64,000 nt of DNA, from positions 23,622,001 to 23,686,000 of the forward strand of contig JBHGNT010000001.1 in NCBI GenBank assembly GCA_043228905.1, in the 5' to 3' direction. Of this stretch, positions 48,410 to 61,599 are shown piece by piece. This DNA is from Azolla caroliniana. Its lineage: Eukaryota > Plantae > Polypodiophyta. A model generated the notes under the pieces. That model searched no databases and had not been told where the DNA came from. It was given only the letters and a program-made list of their open reading frames with translations. A program made the position numbers and the translations under genes. Numbering within the stretch: position 1 is the stretch's first letter; each line of letters starts with the position of its first letter.

Positions 48410-50439
48410 TGATATGATTGATAGCTTTGATTGTTATGCCTTTCTCTTCTCTATACAAGAAATGGGTTAGATTTGATTTGATGTCTTTCCTCTATGCATA
48501 TTAGCAAAAGAAAAGAATTGAATTGATGGCATTTCTCTAAGTATACTAGCAAAATGCTTTATGGCATATCTTTCTCTTCTTTATACGAGAAGTGGTGGCT
48601 AGATTTTATTCTTTTCCCTCAGTAAACTAGTAAAAAAAAATGATTTGCTGCATTTACCTTCTCTGTAAAAGAAATAGGTAGCTTGATTTCATTGCTTTTC
48701 CTGTCCGTATGAAATTAAAAATAACTTTTCCCAAACGTTTATCTTCTTAATACAAGAAGTGGAGGGTTTGATTTGATGCCTTTTGCGGTATTCGCCCTCT
48801 GTGAAAGCGATCAGAAACCCTAATTCTTTTGGGCAGAAACGGAATTCAGTAACTCCATATCTGCAAATAAAGGCACAAAAGAGGGGTCTCTCTGTCTGTA
48901 CTGTCTGGATGTAGATGATCATTGATGACGCAGGTTCCTGGATTTAGCGATAGGAACTGGGATAATGTATGTACATATGTGACTGCGGAGAAAGCCCATG
49001 ACTCACTGACGATAGGTAAGAGAGTCCAGCACATACAAAATTTCTTAGTGTATAAAAGATATTTATTTATTTATTTATTTATTTATTGAGAGAGAGAGAG
49101 AGATTTCATCATCTTCTCATTATGCATATGACTCCTAGGAGTCGGCAACGGCTCGGTTCAAGCCTAAACGGTTTGGAGGCTCGGCTTGGTTCAGGCTTGA
49201 GCTTCATAAATTGGTTTGAGCTCCGTTTGACAAGATTCAAGTTGAACACCACCCAAATTTCATCTAGCATCTCATGATACATGCCTCACACATATGGCCA
49301 CACCGCACCATCGAATCCATCTCACTGACCCCGATCACCACGCTTGACCCCTGGAGGATTCATCGATTTGATCGAAGGCCACCCACCTACATTACTTCGC
49401 TGATTGAACACACCCAATGCTCAAATCAAGCTATTCATTTTATACCTCCATAATAAAATAAAAATCCATGGCTTGTGAACTTTTTGGTTCCTCCTCACTA
49501 TTGTCGTCGTCAATTATAACCAAAATCAAGTATAGCCTTAATGAAAATATTTAGATAATTAGATCTTGTGCATCGTAAATAGATAGAGATGTAGATATGT
49601 GCATGTTATGTGTTACACATGTGAGGAGGAGAGAAAAATAGATGTATACTACATACATGAATCATACAATTATTTATCGTCCTTAGAGGTTAATTAATCT
49701 ATGACCAAAACGACCAAAACTAAAGCATTTTTACGCAACAGGTATGGAATTGTGTAGTGACTCTTTATGTTCAATCATTTTACAAATAAATGTTGCAAAA
49801 TGAAAGTGCACATTGTGATTGTAGGAAACAACACATGGGAAAGAAACTCGAATGTGGGCAAATGCAACTCATTATATCAAAGTGTGACACTCTATAAATC
49901 TCTCCACTTGTTCACAACAAGATATGCACAAGTTGGCAAATTTAATAATTGTAGTTTGGTGCAAATGTGAACCTCCATAATTTTCATAAGTTGTGACAGA
50001 TTGTCATTTAAAAAAAAACACCCCATTCACAAAAGAATATACCGATGCATCATGAAGCAATAAAAAACCCAAAAACTCTACTTTCTCTGTCTTTTGAATC
50101 TTTTTTGTTTCCTTCCCATGCATTTCTAGAAATGTGGGGTGAGGGTTTTCCTATTATAACCTTAACCATGTACTCAATAGCCCTTCCCATGGCATGATCT
50201 TGATGGGAAGTGATACATTCTCAAGAAGTAGGAGCATATATGGCATTTGTGTCTTGATTTGAAGAAACATCATAGGAAAACGCATGTGGAATTTTCATAC
50301 TCTTTCAATGTAAACTTAGGTGTGTGTGTGTGTAAGTTAAAGCGTGTTAAGGGTGCATTCACACTTGTGTAGAAATAAAAGGCACGATGACCCTTTATCC
50401 TCAATAATCTCCTACCAAAAAGGCCTTATGTCGTGAGAG

Positions 50440-50797
50440 GAGAAATGATCAACTAAGTATGTCTAAGTATCTACAAAGTTGAAACACATATATCTATCCA
50501 ACTCCAATCATTTGTCAGCAATGAGGAAAGCACAATTTTGAAAGACCCTTTGTCAGAATATCTGCAACATCATCATGTATATGCACTTTGACAAGGTCGA
50601 TGTTATTTTTGTCAAGTACATCGTTAATCAAGTGATACTTCAATTGTATGGCTTCATCTTTGCATGAAAGATAGGATTCTATGTTAGCATCATAACACTC
50701 TAACTATAACAATGAAAACGTCTAAATGGCAAGATCTACCATGAGAAATTAAATCCATAATGCCTCCTTTCATGCTCAGTAGCAACCACATACTCCA
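50440..50797 (-). mobile_element. Old copia RNase H remnant, host of copia C; continues at 56394-56560
   Basis: KCGTFSTIEVE|YVVATE is split by the insertion; also QLKYHLI..VKVHIHDDVADILTKG. Confidence 0.7.
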
Positions 50798-53700
50798 TGT
50801 TGAGAATCAAGCTCAACTTGGTCTAGTGTGTGAACTCACCTTAAGAGTGAATAGACACTCCAACGGTCAAGAGTCACCATTAAGTCACCTCTTTGTATTC
50901 TAGCATTTAGTATGAGTCATAGAATCATATTCTATGACACATAACTTATGAGCTTTCACATTCCCCATGCTCCATGAGCCTTGTAGTTAATGAAGAGAGA
51001 GGGTGACTATATAAAGCACCCTCCTCCCACCGTGTATTGTGTCAAGTCTTTCTCCTTTGTTAATATACTTTTACCTTGCGTATTCTCTGTGTCTTACTCC
51101 TTGTCTCTCTCACACACACTCTCTCTCTCTCATACACACACACAACTCACATCTCTTCTGCTTCACAAGAATTATGTCCAATTCTTTACATGGTATCAGA
51201 GCGATTTGGCAGGTCGATCTAGCCCATTCGCCTCATCGTGATTGTGTATTGTGCTCCACGCCGACGACCAAGAACCGGCTCATCGTTATCATAGCTTTGC
51301 TACATAGCTCGCATTTGAAGAGAGAAGAAGAAGAAGAAGAAGAAGAAGAAGAAGAAGAATCGACATAATGAATACTCAAACGGGGAGCACTCTCCCTACT
51401 GAGAAGTTGGATCAAAACAACTTCGCATCTTGGGAGTACAAGATGCACCAATACCTTGTCAGATAAGGCTACTGGAGCTACATCAAAGGAGCGCACGAAG
51501 ACCGACCCGTCGAAGCGGCTCCCGAATACGCGACATGGGAGCAAGCCGCAAGCCGAGTAATGTATTGCTTGGCGACATGTGTTCACGACCACATGCTCGG
51601 TTACATTCGAGAAGTCGAGACGCTGAAGGAAGCGTGGGAAAATCTATGAAAGATTTTTGCTGCCAACACGACCGCAAGGAAGCTTCCACTTCGTCAAGAG
51701 TTGAACAACATCCAACAACGGGACATGTCTATCACGACATACACCTTGAAGATCAAGGAGCTTTGCGACTCGCTTGGCTCAATAAGCGTAAATATCGATG
51801 ATGATGATGAGATGGTGCAAATATGCCTCGGCGGCCTCGCACCACGGTTCGGCGCGATGCGAACCGCCGTTCTAGCATGGGAGAAATCTCCCTCCTTCTT
51901 CGAGCTCCAATCAATGCTATTGGTCGAAGAAAACCACGTGCGTACAAGGAGCAATGAGTCGGAAGGCCACATGCTCTACACGCACTCGAACGGAGGAAGA
52001 GGACGCGGACGAGCGAGAGGTCGATTCGGCCAAGGACAAGGCGGACGAGGGCCGACCTACGACAACTCCCAATTTCGGCCGCAAAACGGAAGCCAACGAG
52101 GAACCTTCACAAGAAGGGGGAGCTTCCACTCCGGCCCGAGCCGTCAAAACACAACCGAATGTGGATATTGCGGAAAGCTCGACCACCACGAAGAAGAGTG
52201 CTAAAAGAAGATGTGTGAATCGGCTTCCACAAGCCGACAACTCACGAATTACGCGCACAATTCCAACTACGAAGAGTATAGCGGAATGTACGGGCACAAC
52301 TCTGACTACGAAGATCGTGGCGGAATGTACGCACACAACTCCGACCGTGGCGGAATGTTCATGATGAAACATAAAGCAAACTCTATGTCGGCCTCTACCT
52401 CAACTAATGCCTCCGATCCGGAAGACGTATGGTTCGTCGATTCCGGTGCCTCGAACCATATGACATCACATCAAGAATGGTTCCTAGAACTTCGAAAGCC
52501 GGACCGACCCGACTATGTCGAAACCGGAGACGACACTACGCACCCGATTCGGCACATCGGCAATGTTCCGTTCGAAAAAGAAGGTAAGAAAAATTACATT
52601 AAAAATGTCTTGCATGTACCGACCATTACGAAGAATTTGGTCTCCGTCGGCCAAATTGTAGAGCAAGGGATGCAAGTTCGATTTAATCAAGGCGGTTGCT
52701 TCATCGAAAAAGAGGGCCAACTCATTGCATGCGGACGAAGAGAGGGCCAAATGTTCATTCTCGACTCACACGAGATGAAATCGGCCATGTTCGCAAAGGG
52801 CATGAAAGTCGACTCTGACATAGAGCTATGGCACAAGCGAATCGGCCACATCAATCTCAACAAACTCAAAGCAATGAAATCGAAAGGAGTTGTCATCGGA
52901 CTCCCAACATTCAAAGAGAAGGAGATTGACGGTGTATGTGAAGCGTGCCAATTCGGCAAGCAACACCAACACCCATTCCCGAAAGAGCGGAACGTGAGCA
53001 AAGGTCTACTCGACATAGTCCATTTCAACGTATGGGGACAGGCGCAGACGGCTATATTCGGCGGATGTTGATATTACGTGCTCTTCATCGACGACTTCTC
53101 TAGGCACAGTTGGATCTACTCGATGCGGGAAAAGAGCGAAGTGTTCAAACACTTCCAAAATTTCAAGAATGAAGTCGAGAAAGCCACATGCCGACATGTA
53201 CGATGACTTCGATCGGATGGAGGCAATGAGTACTTCTCGGACGATTTCATGGCGTATCTCCGGAAGGAAGGAATTCGGCGAGAATTCACTTGCCGACACA
53301 CTCCGCAACAAAACGAAGTAGCCGAGCACAAAAATCGGCACATCCTCGAAGTAGCGCGGGTCATGATGAACGAGAAGCATATGCCCAAGTCATATTGGGC
53401 CGAAGCTGCCAATACGGTCGTCTACCGAATGAACCGGTGCACAACATCCGGCGTGCACGAGGTCACTCCGCATGAAAAATACTTCGGAAAGAAGCCGGAC
53501 TTATCGCACACCCGGATATTCGGCGTGATAGCGTACGTGCACATCCCCGACGAGAAGTGTCAAAAGCTTGACCCGAAGTCGGAGAAATGTATCCTCGTAG
53601 GATACTCAATGGAGCAAAAGGGGTGCAAGTGCTACAACCCCGCAACTAGAAAATCTTGAGTAAGTCGAGACGTCGTTTTTGACGAGTCCGCATCTTGGTA

Positions 53701-56393
53701 TGCACCAAAGACAACTTCGCCTCCGACTCCACTCGACCTGGAATCCGCCGAACAAGAGATCGAGGATGAAGATCACCCTACGTGCATGATCGAAGAAAGT
53801 CCGATCACGACCCGACTGAGCGGACCACAAGAGCCTTTGAGCGATCAAAGCACATCACGGCCTAGCCCGAAGATGGACAAAGGCAAGGCGAAAATGGCGG
53901 AATACGCAGACGATCGCGTTGACGACGATGAGTCGACTCACTCACTTGACAATGAGTTCGGCGGTTTCGAGGTACCAATCGGAGCTAAGAAAACCCTCAT
54001 CTCTGCAAATGAAAAACTCTGCCACTCCACCCGTGAAAAGAATCCGGTCAGCCGATTCGGCTACAATGACTACATGGCATATCACTATGCCTTTATGATG
54101 AAGGTGGCGACAATACGCGAACCGGAAACATTTTTCGAAGCAACCAAGGATTCGCGATGGATCGAAGCCATGAACGAGGTGATGCAGGCACTACGCAAGA
54201 ACGAGACGTGGGATCTCGTTCCCACCTCACCACATAAGAAGGCGATCGGATGCAGATGGATTTACAAAGTGAAGTACAACGCCGACGGTTCTGTCAACCA
54301 CTACAAAGCGCGACTCATAGTGAAAGGTTACGCCCAAACTCACGAAGTTGACTACGAGGAGACCTTTGCCCCGGTGGCAAAGATGACGACGGTGCGGACC
54401 GTAATTGCGCTTGCCATGGCGAAAGGGTGGCACCTCCATCAAATGGACGTCAAGAACGCCTTTCTACAAGGCGAATTAGAAGAGGAGGTGTACATGATAC
54501 AAGCACCCGGCTTCAACTCGAGCACCCATCCGAAAGCTGTATGCTGACTCATGAAGCCACTCTACGGCCTCAAGCAAGCACCGCGTGTTTGGCGTTCGAA
54601 GATAACGCAATATCTTCATCAAATCGGCTTCCGTATGTCAAAATCAGACAACTCCCTCTACATACGAAGCGATTCCGCAAGTCCTATCGTCATCATCTTA
54701 TATGTGGATGACCTAGTCATTGGAGGTGAGCATCTCATCGAAATCAATAAAGTCAAATCCCTCCTTTCCGACAAGTTCGAGATGACGGACATGAAGGAGC
54801 TCCACTACTTCCTCGACATCGAGGTAATTCGGACTCCGGCCAGAATCATGATTTCTCAATGGCACTACATCCTCAACTTGTTATACAAGTTCGGTATGGT
54901 TGAGTGCAATCCGCGGCAACCCCACTCGATTGCAATCTCAACCTCGATGCGAACTCCGGCACCAAAGCGTGTGAGCCGACTCAGTATCAGCAACTCATCG
55001 GGAGTCTCATCTACCTCACGATCACACGACCCGATCTTAGTTATCCGGTCGGTCTCCTTAGACAATTCATGCAAACACCGCATGATACTCACTTGGATTG
55101 TGCTAAGCTAGTTCTACGATAAGTGAGCGGCACAATGGATTGCGACATCCTCTACAAGACCGCGATGCCAATACGACTCGAGGGGTACACTGACGCCGAT
55201 TGGGCCGGCTACAAAGCCGATAGAAGATCAACCTCCGGATTTGTTTTCTCCCTCGGCAGTGGAGCAATATCCTGGAGTAGTAAGAAGCAGCCTACCGTCG
55301 CTCTTTCGAGTACGGAGGTGGAATACAGGGGCACAGCTGTAGCTGCGTGTGAAGCTGTATGGCTCAAGAGGATTTTGAAGGATCTGGGCATACCCATCAA
55401 GGATCTGACTTCCCTTTACTGCGAGAACATGAGCAATATCTATCTGGCTCGGAATCCGGTGTTCCACGCACGGACAAAGCACATCGAAGTGCACTATCAC
55501 TTCATCCGAGAGCGCATTCTAGTTGGCGATGTCGACCTACAACACATTAGCACAAATCTTCAAACGACCGACATCTTCACTAAAGCCTTAGGAGCCGACA
55601 AGCTGTGGCAATTCATGACCGATCTCGGATTGACGATCCCTGACCTGCCAAGCTTGAGGGGGAGTACTGAAGACATTACGCAATAACGCGTGGATACCGC
55701 AAATCACGCACATTACGCAATAACGCGTGGATTCCGCAAGCCGCGCACACTACGCAAGAACGCATGGATTACGCAACCACGCAACGAAGCTTCGAAGAGC
55801 CGATCTACCGCGCAAAGCCGCGAAGAAAGACGCAAACCGAAGCATAGACTTCGCAACTACGCACAACGCAAGCTGGAGCACAGATTCCACAACTCCGCAT
55901 AAAGCAAGTCGACACGAGTCAACGTGGACTTCGGAACACGAGTCGAAGCGGATTTCGGATACCATCTGAAACTGACCCGACTTGAGCTTGAGGGGACGTG
56001 TTGAGAATCAAGCTCAACTTGGTCTAGTGTGTGAACTCACCTTGAGAGTGAATAGACACTCCAACGGTCAAGAGTCACCATTAAGTCACCTCTTTGTATT
56101 CTAGCATTTAGTATGAGTCATAGAATCATATTCTATGACACATAACTTATGAGCTTTCACATTCCCCATGCTCCATGAGCCTTGTAGTTAATGAAGAGAG
56201 AGGGTGACTATATAAAGCACCCTCCTCCCACCATGTATTGTGTCAAGTCTTTCTCCTTTGTTAATATACTTTTACCTTGCGTATTCTCTGTGTCTTACTC
56301 CTTGTCTCTCTCACAATCTCTCACTCTCTCTCTCATACACACACATAACTCACATCTCTTCCGCTTCACAATAATCATATCCGATTCTTTACA
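50798..56393 (+). mobile_element. Full-length Ty1/copia element C (5596 bp), coding region pseudogenised
   Basis: LTRs 50798-51190 and 55999-56393; perfect TSD CTCCA; PBS TGGTATCAGAGC; PPT GAGGGGACG; gag-PR-INT-RT-RH 51369-55686 with stops and frameshifts. Confidence 0.96.
51324..51359 (+). repeat. (GAA)n microsatellite in the copia C leader
   Basis: About 12 GAA units immediately upstream of the gag ATG. Confidence 0.9.
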
Positions 56394-57750
56394 CTCCACC
56401 TCTATGGTGGAGAATGTACCACACTTCTATATCGTGGAGATCCAATAGGTTGCTCCTCGTGTGAGGTAAATGAATACCCAGAAGTAGACTTTTTGAAATA
56501 TGCATGACCAACATAGTCTACACTCATAAAGGTAATGACAAATGTCTTTGGCTTTCCAAAGTGGATGTAAAAAAATCATCTATGTCTTCTTTATCATTTT
56601 CATGAGACTTTAGGTTTATTTCCTTTTCTTCTTCTTCTTTTTTCCTACTTGAGGGTTTAGGGTTTGGGGTTGAGAGTGTTTGGGTTCATCTCACTCGAAG
56701 AGGTGATGTGAAAGAGAAAGGAAGGTAGAGATAGGTCGTCGAGCAAGGAAGGAGGCTTAAAGTGGCACAAGGACACTACCTCAACAACTAAGGCGACATA
56801 GTCGGTGATGGTAGGCAAGGCCACATTGAAGCCCATGTAGCTTGAATCCTTGCAACTAACCTATATTGTAGTTATTTCTCTTGTAATCATTCATTGTATC
56901 ACTTCTCACTATTTTATTTAATCACTATAATTATTTTGTAACCCCTACTTGATAAAGGGGATTTATTGTATAAATTAGCGTCTACGTCATAATATGAGGC
57001 CATTTTGGTCTTAATCTTGTGCATTGATAAAGTGTATTAAGCCCAACCCCATGTGTTAATCACTCCTAAGTACCTTGTCGAAGAGAGAGCTAGGAGACAA
57101 GAGAAAGGAAGTCACACACACAGAATCTTCGCCCCTCTTGTATTCAAGTTGCCTCTTGCGTTCGAGTCACCACTTGGATCAAGTCATCACGAGTGTTCGA
57201 GCCCCCCTCTACATTCTCCTCCTCCTTGATCCAAGATCCCTTTGCGGTCCTACTCAAGTAACACATACACGTGCATTTACATGACATCGCTTCCCACTGC
57301 TTTAAGGGTTTTCCATGTACCTACTAACCATTGCTTTTTTGAAGCAAGACGGTTCACCACAATTTGTCACCATGACATAACCAACCACGTCATTTCCCAT
57401 GCTTTCTAGCAACTCTAGACGATCTCCTAACCAATGATCATTTTTGTTGATTGTTGAGCCTACAAATGATTATTTTGAACCTTCCAAATCAATAATAATA
57501 GTTAGTTTTTCTAACTTTACTTGCACATTTGGTTGGCTGATCATTTCCAACATCACTTTCTACATTTGCAAATACATTTATAACATGTATTTGTTATTGT
57601 ATAGTGGGCTCATTTTGATGACCAAAAGGTATTTATTCTCGGAATACAATCCTATGAACCTCCTTGGTCTTTATAGATTGTTTATGCATGTGATTTTTTC
57701 AAAAGTTAATGTCATTGTTATGTACAATTTTTTCTTTTCACAATCATCAC

Positions 57751-60700
57751 TGTGAAAGTGATTTTAGAATTCAAGGTATTGGACACTACAAAAATATAGG
57801 GTATGGAGCATTCACATCCGGAGGTCAAGAACACGAGCTAAGGTTTGGAGGATAAGTCAAACTAAAAGCAAGAAAGATGGAGAAAAGGAAAGAAGAAAAA
57901 AGTGGGCCACCAAAACACAGTCTGAAACGAACGATCATAACTCATTCGTTTGTACGCCAAATATCATGTTCAAATATGGGTTAGAAAGCTTATGAATAGA
58001 GCTATCTGTACCTTTTTAAAGCTCTAAATGTGGAGCTTGGATGAGGGAGATATGATGATTAGAAGATCGTTGTGTCATAGCTAAAAATAGGAGATGAAAA
58101 ACTTCTAAAAAAAACGTAAAAAAGAAAGCAAGGGAAAGTTATGTAGTCGAGAAGACCTTTATATAAAGGAAGAAGAATAAGGTGGTGAGGGCGGAGTTTA
58201 CTTCTTGTGGTGTTTTTCTTGCCTATTCATGTAGTGTGGTTGTGTTGTTATCCATATATCTTTGTAGACTTGGATTTATGTATTTTCTTTCTCTCTTCCT
58301 TCCATCATGATTATTCATTATCAATAGATCTTTGTAGTTTTAGATTTATATATCTTCTTTATCTTTTCTTTCTATCATCACTCTATCATTTTTGGCGCTC
58401 CAGGGAGGGCCGATCCTTTTTGTATAATGGGAAGAACGGTTGTCCACTCATTGATGGTTGGATCTATCGATTCATCGTCAAACTAATGGCAAGATATGGA
58501 GTTCGCGATGCGACAGATCTACGAAGAGAACTTTTCCAATTGCGTATGGTTTCATCAATGTGCTACCTCGAGTATGAGAAGATGTTTTTGGATATATGGT
58601 CCACTTAGATTCGACTTGTTGGAGGCGTTGAAGATGTATACTTCAAGATGCAAAGATTCAAAGCAGGGCTAGATCCATATTTTCAATATGAAGTGCATAT
58701 GAAGTACCCAAGGTCTTTCCATGATTTGCTTCGAGTATGTCAAAGTTATGATCGACAATTGAAGAAGTTGTTATTTGGTGAAGCATATGGAGTATCGACG
58801 TCATATACCATAAATCCAAGCTATAATAATTGTGGATCGGTCATGAGCCAACAACCAGTATACTTGCAATGTCTGATTCAACATGTTCCCTCATATCATT
58901 ATTCTAATTTTTGGAGTTATAATGATGTCTATGAAGGTGATTCCAGAGACAAAGAAGAAGAGGTGATGAATGTGGAGTTCCCCCATATAGTTCATGAGGA
59001 CAACCGTGATATAAAGAATGATGATGTGAAAGACGAATCCAAGGATATTGTTGAGAGAAGCGATGCTATGGATGGTGATGCCAATGTACATCATGTTGAG
59101 GACATTATTGATACAACAAGCGATATGGTGGTTGATGATGAATATGTGCAAGATGAAATGGAAGATATGACAGAAAAAGTTGTTGATGGTGAAGTACCCA
59201 CAAGGGAGTTGCAAGATGAAGAAGGTAACCTGGAAGTGATAGCTGGAGATTGGCTTTTGGAGATCAATGCGTGTAAGGAAGCATTGGTAAGTGCCAAGTT
59301 GCAGTGTATGAAGGTGTTCGTGCAAGATTTGTGTTTTGGATTTGCATTGAGTAGCAACAAAGTTATGTGGGCATCAACTCTTCAACAACAATTTGATCAG
59401 AGCCAAGAGAATTACTTGTAATGCATGATTGGAGTATCATGAATTTATTATCATCAAAGGATCCACCAAAACTAATCAAATGTATAAAGGAGAAGGGATC
59501 ATCTATTGACAATGGCAAGCAAGAAGAGAAAAGCATAACAATTGATGAATCTTCAGGGGATAGGGAAAACAAATCATTCCACATGGTGTTGAAGGAGGAA
59601 GAAGAAGTCATTGAAGAGAAAAGTATTATCACCCTAAAGGGGAAAAAGAAGATGATTTCAAACGATGTCCAAGAAGAAGAACATCTAAGGTTTAATTCTC
59701 TTCTTTTTAAGTTTCCAAAGTTATTCATAAATTACTATTCACAGATAAGAGTAGAAGGCATCAAGCACCACATCAAGTTGGAGGATTTGAAGTTTGTCTC
59801 ACCTATTGTTGTGGTTCCAAAGGAGAAAGACATCAACTTCCAACCCTTGAATGATTCAACCAAACGAGATCTATTTTTGCTTCCTTTTCAAGATGAGATT
59901 ATAGATGAAATGTTCAAACATACAAAACAAGGTAGTGTGGAGAATGTCATGTGCCAAGAAGGAATTCACGTGGAATCAAAGATCAAAGTAATTCAAAAGG
60001 TGACAACTCCGACAAGTCTCAAAGCTTTGAAGGTGTTTGTGCAAAAGGTTTGCTCGCTCAAAAGATTTATTCATATGTTGACATGCTTACTTCTATCAAG
60101 AGTTATGTATCGCATGGACCTACTTGTGTTTGGAAAGTTGATGAAGATATACTAATTGTTGTAACCTCTTTCTTTGTGTTGACAAGGAGAAAGATGGTGA
60201 TGACAATTGTCAATGTGTGTGTGCGTGTAGGAGTGTGAGGTTTTTCCTATTGATTAACAGGGGTTTTACTCACATAATTTGTTTCTTTTTTTCTCTCCTT
60301 CTTTGTCTATAGCCATGAATAAGGCGAAGGAGAATCTTTTGTTTTATTGGTAACTTAGGGTTCACCATAAATGGTTCACCAAGAAGCAAGGGGGAGGGCT
60401 AAATGTGAAAGTGATTTTAGAATTCAAGGTATTGGACACTATAAAAATATAAGGTATGGAGCATTCACATCCGGAGGTCAAGAACACGAGCTAAGGTTTG
60501 GAGGATAAGTCAAACTAAAAGCAAGAAAGATGGAGAAAAGGAAAAGAAGAAAAATATGGGCCACCAAAACACTGTCTGAAACGAACGACCATAACTCATT
60601 CGTTTGGACGCCAAATATCATGTTCAAATATGGGTTAGAAAGCTTATGAATAGAGCTATCCGTAGCGTTTTCAAGCTCTAAATTTGGAGCTGGGATGAGG

Positions 60701-61028
60701 GAGATATGATGATTAGAAGATCATTGTGTCATAGCTAAAAATAGGAGATGAAAAACTTCTAAAAAAAGTGTAAAAAAGAAAGCAAGGGAAAGTTATCTAG
60801 TTGAGAAGACTTTTATATAAAGGAAGAAGAATAAGGAGGTGAGGGTAGAGTTTACTTCTTGTGGTGTTTTTCTTGCCTATTCATGTAGTGTGGTTGTGTT
60901 GTTATCCATATATCTTTGTAGACTTGGATTTATGTATCTTCTTTCTCTCTTCCTTCCATCGTGATTATTCATTATAGTTTTAGATTTATATATCTTCTTT
61001 ATCTTTTCTTTCTATCATCACTCTATCA
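57751..61028 (+). mobile_element. Non-autonomous gypsy-derived LTR element, copy 2 (intact ends)
   Basis: LTRs 57751-58388 and 60404-61028; perfect TSD ATCAC; PBS-like TGGCGCTCCAGGGAGGG; PPT AAGGGGGAGGG. Confidence 0.93.
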
Positions 61029-61599
61029 ATCACCATATACTAGGAAAATACATTTACAGGACTTTGGCTCAAGTTGATTGTGTTCTTTTCAAATGTGCAC
61101 AAAAGCCTCACAACCACACTTTGTGAGGTGAGCATATGAAGTTAGCTTGCCCAACCATGCTTTGTTAAGGAGTTTTGTTGATTTTGGAGAAGAAAAAAAC
61201 ACTTTACGTTTAATTGGGCTTTTGTCCCACCTCTATGTTCTTAACCAACAATTCAACTATTCGGTCTAGCCAGGTTAGATTCCTTTTCAACTAGAAAAAG
61301 AAAGTAAAAAGAAAGAAGGGTTATATAGTTTTTCCCAACTTTTATAGCCCCAATAGAGGGCAGGCCAAAGGCCCTATGAGTCTCCTTGTTGTCAAGCATT
61401 CTTTATTGGAAGTAACTTTTTTGTTTGTTGGATTTACAAGCAAGCAAAGGAACTTTCAGGGCCCTCTCATGTCCCCCTGGGGAACCTTTCCTTATGTGAC
61501 ATGTTCTCAGGGACAGGACTCATGTGCGTTCCCATTGAATCTTCATTTGTGTGGTGGTGGTGCCTTGAGTGGGTTGTAGACTATGACTACTTCCGATGG

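Noticed and set aside
48658-48870. Possible 5' UTR exon with telo-box AAACCCTAA (~48815)
   Set aside because: A donor-like AAG|gtaaat exists, but the TSS and acceptor cannot be supported without transcripts.
49140-49260. GGCTCGG-rich MITE/hAT-like remnant
   Set aside because: No paired TIR or TSD found.
51039-51368. Poly-Glu ORF
   Set aside because: Spans LTR, PBS and a (GAA)n tract; not coding.
56652-56672. Telomere-like agggtttagggtttggggtt
   Set aside because: Only 2-3 imperfect units; too short to call interstitial telomere.
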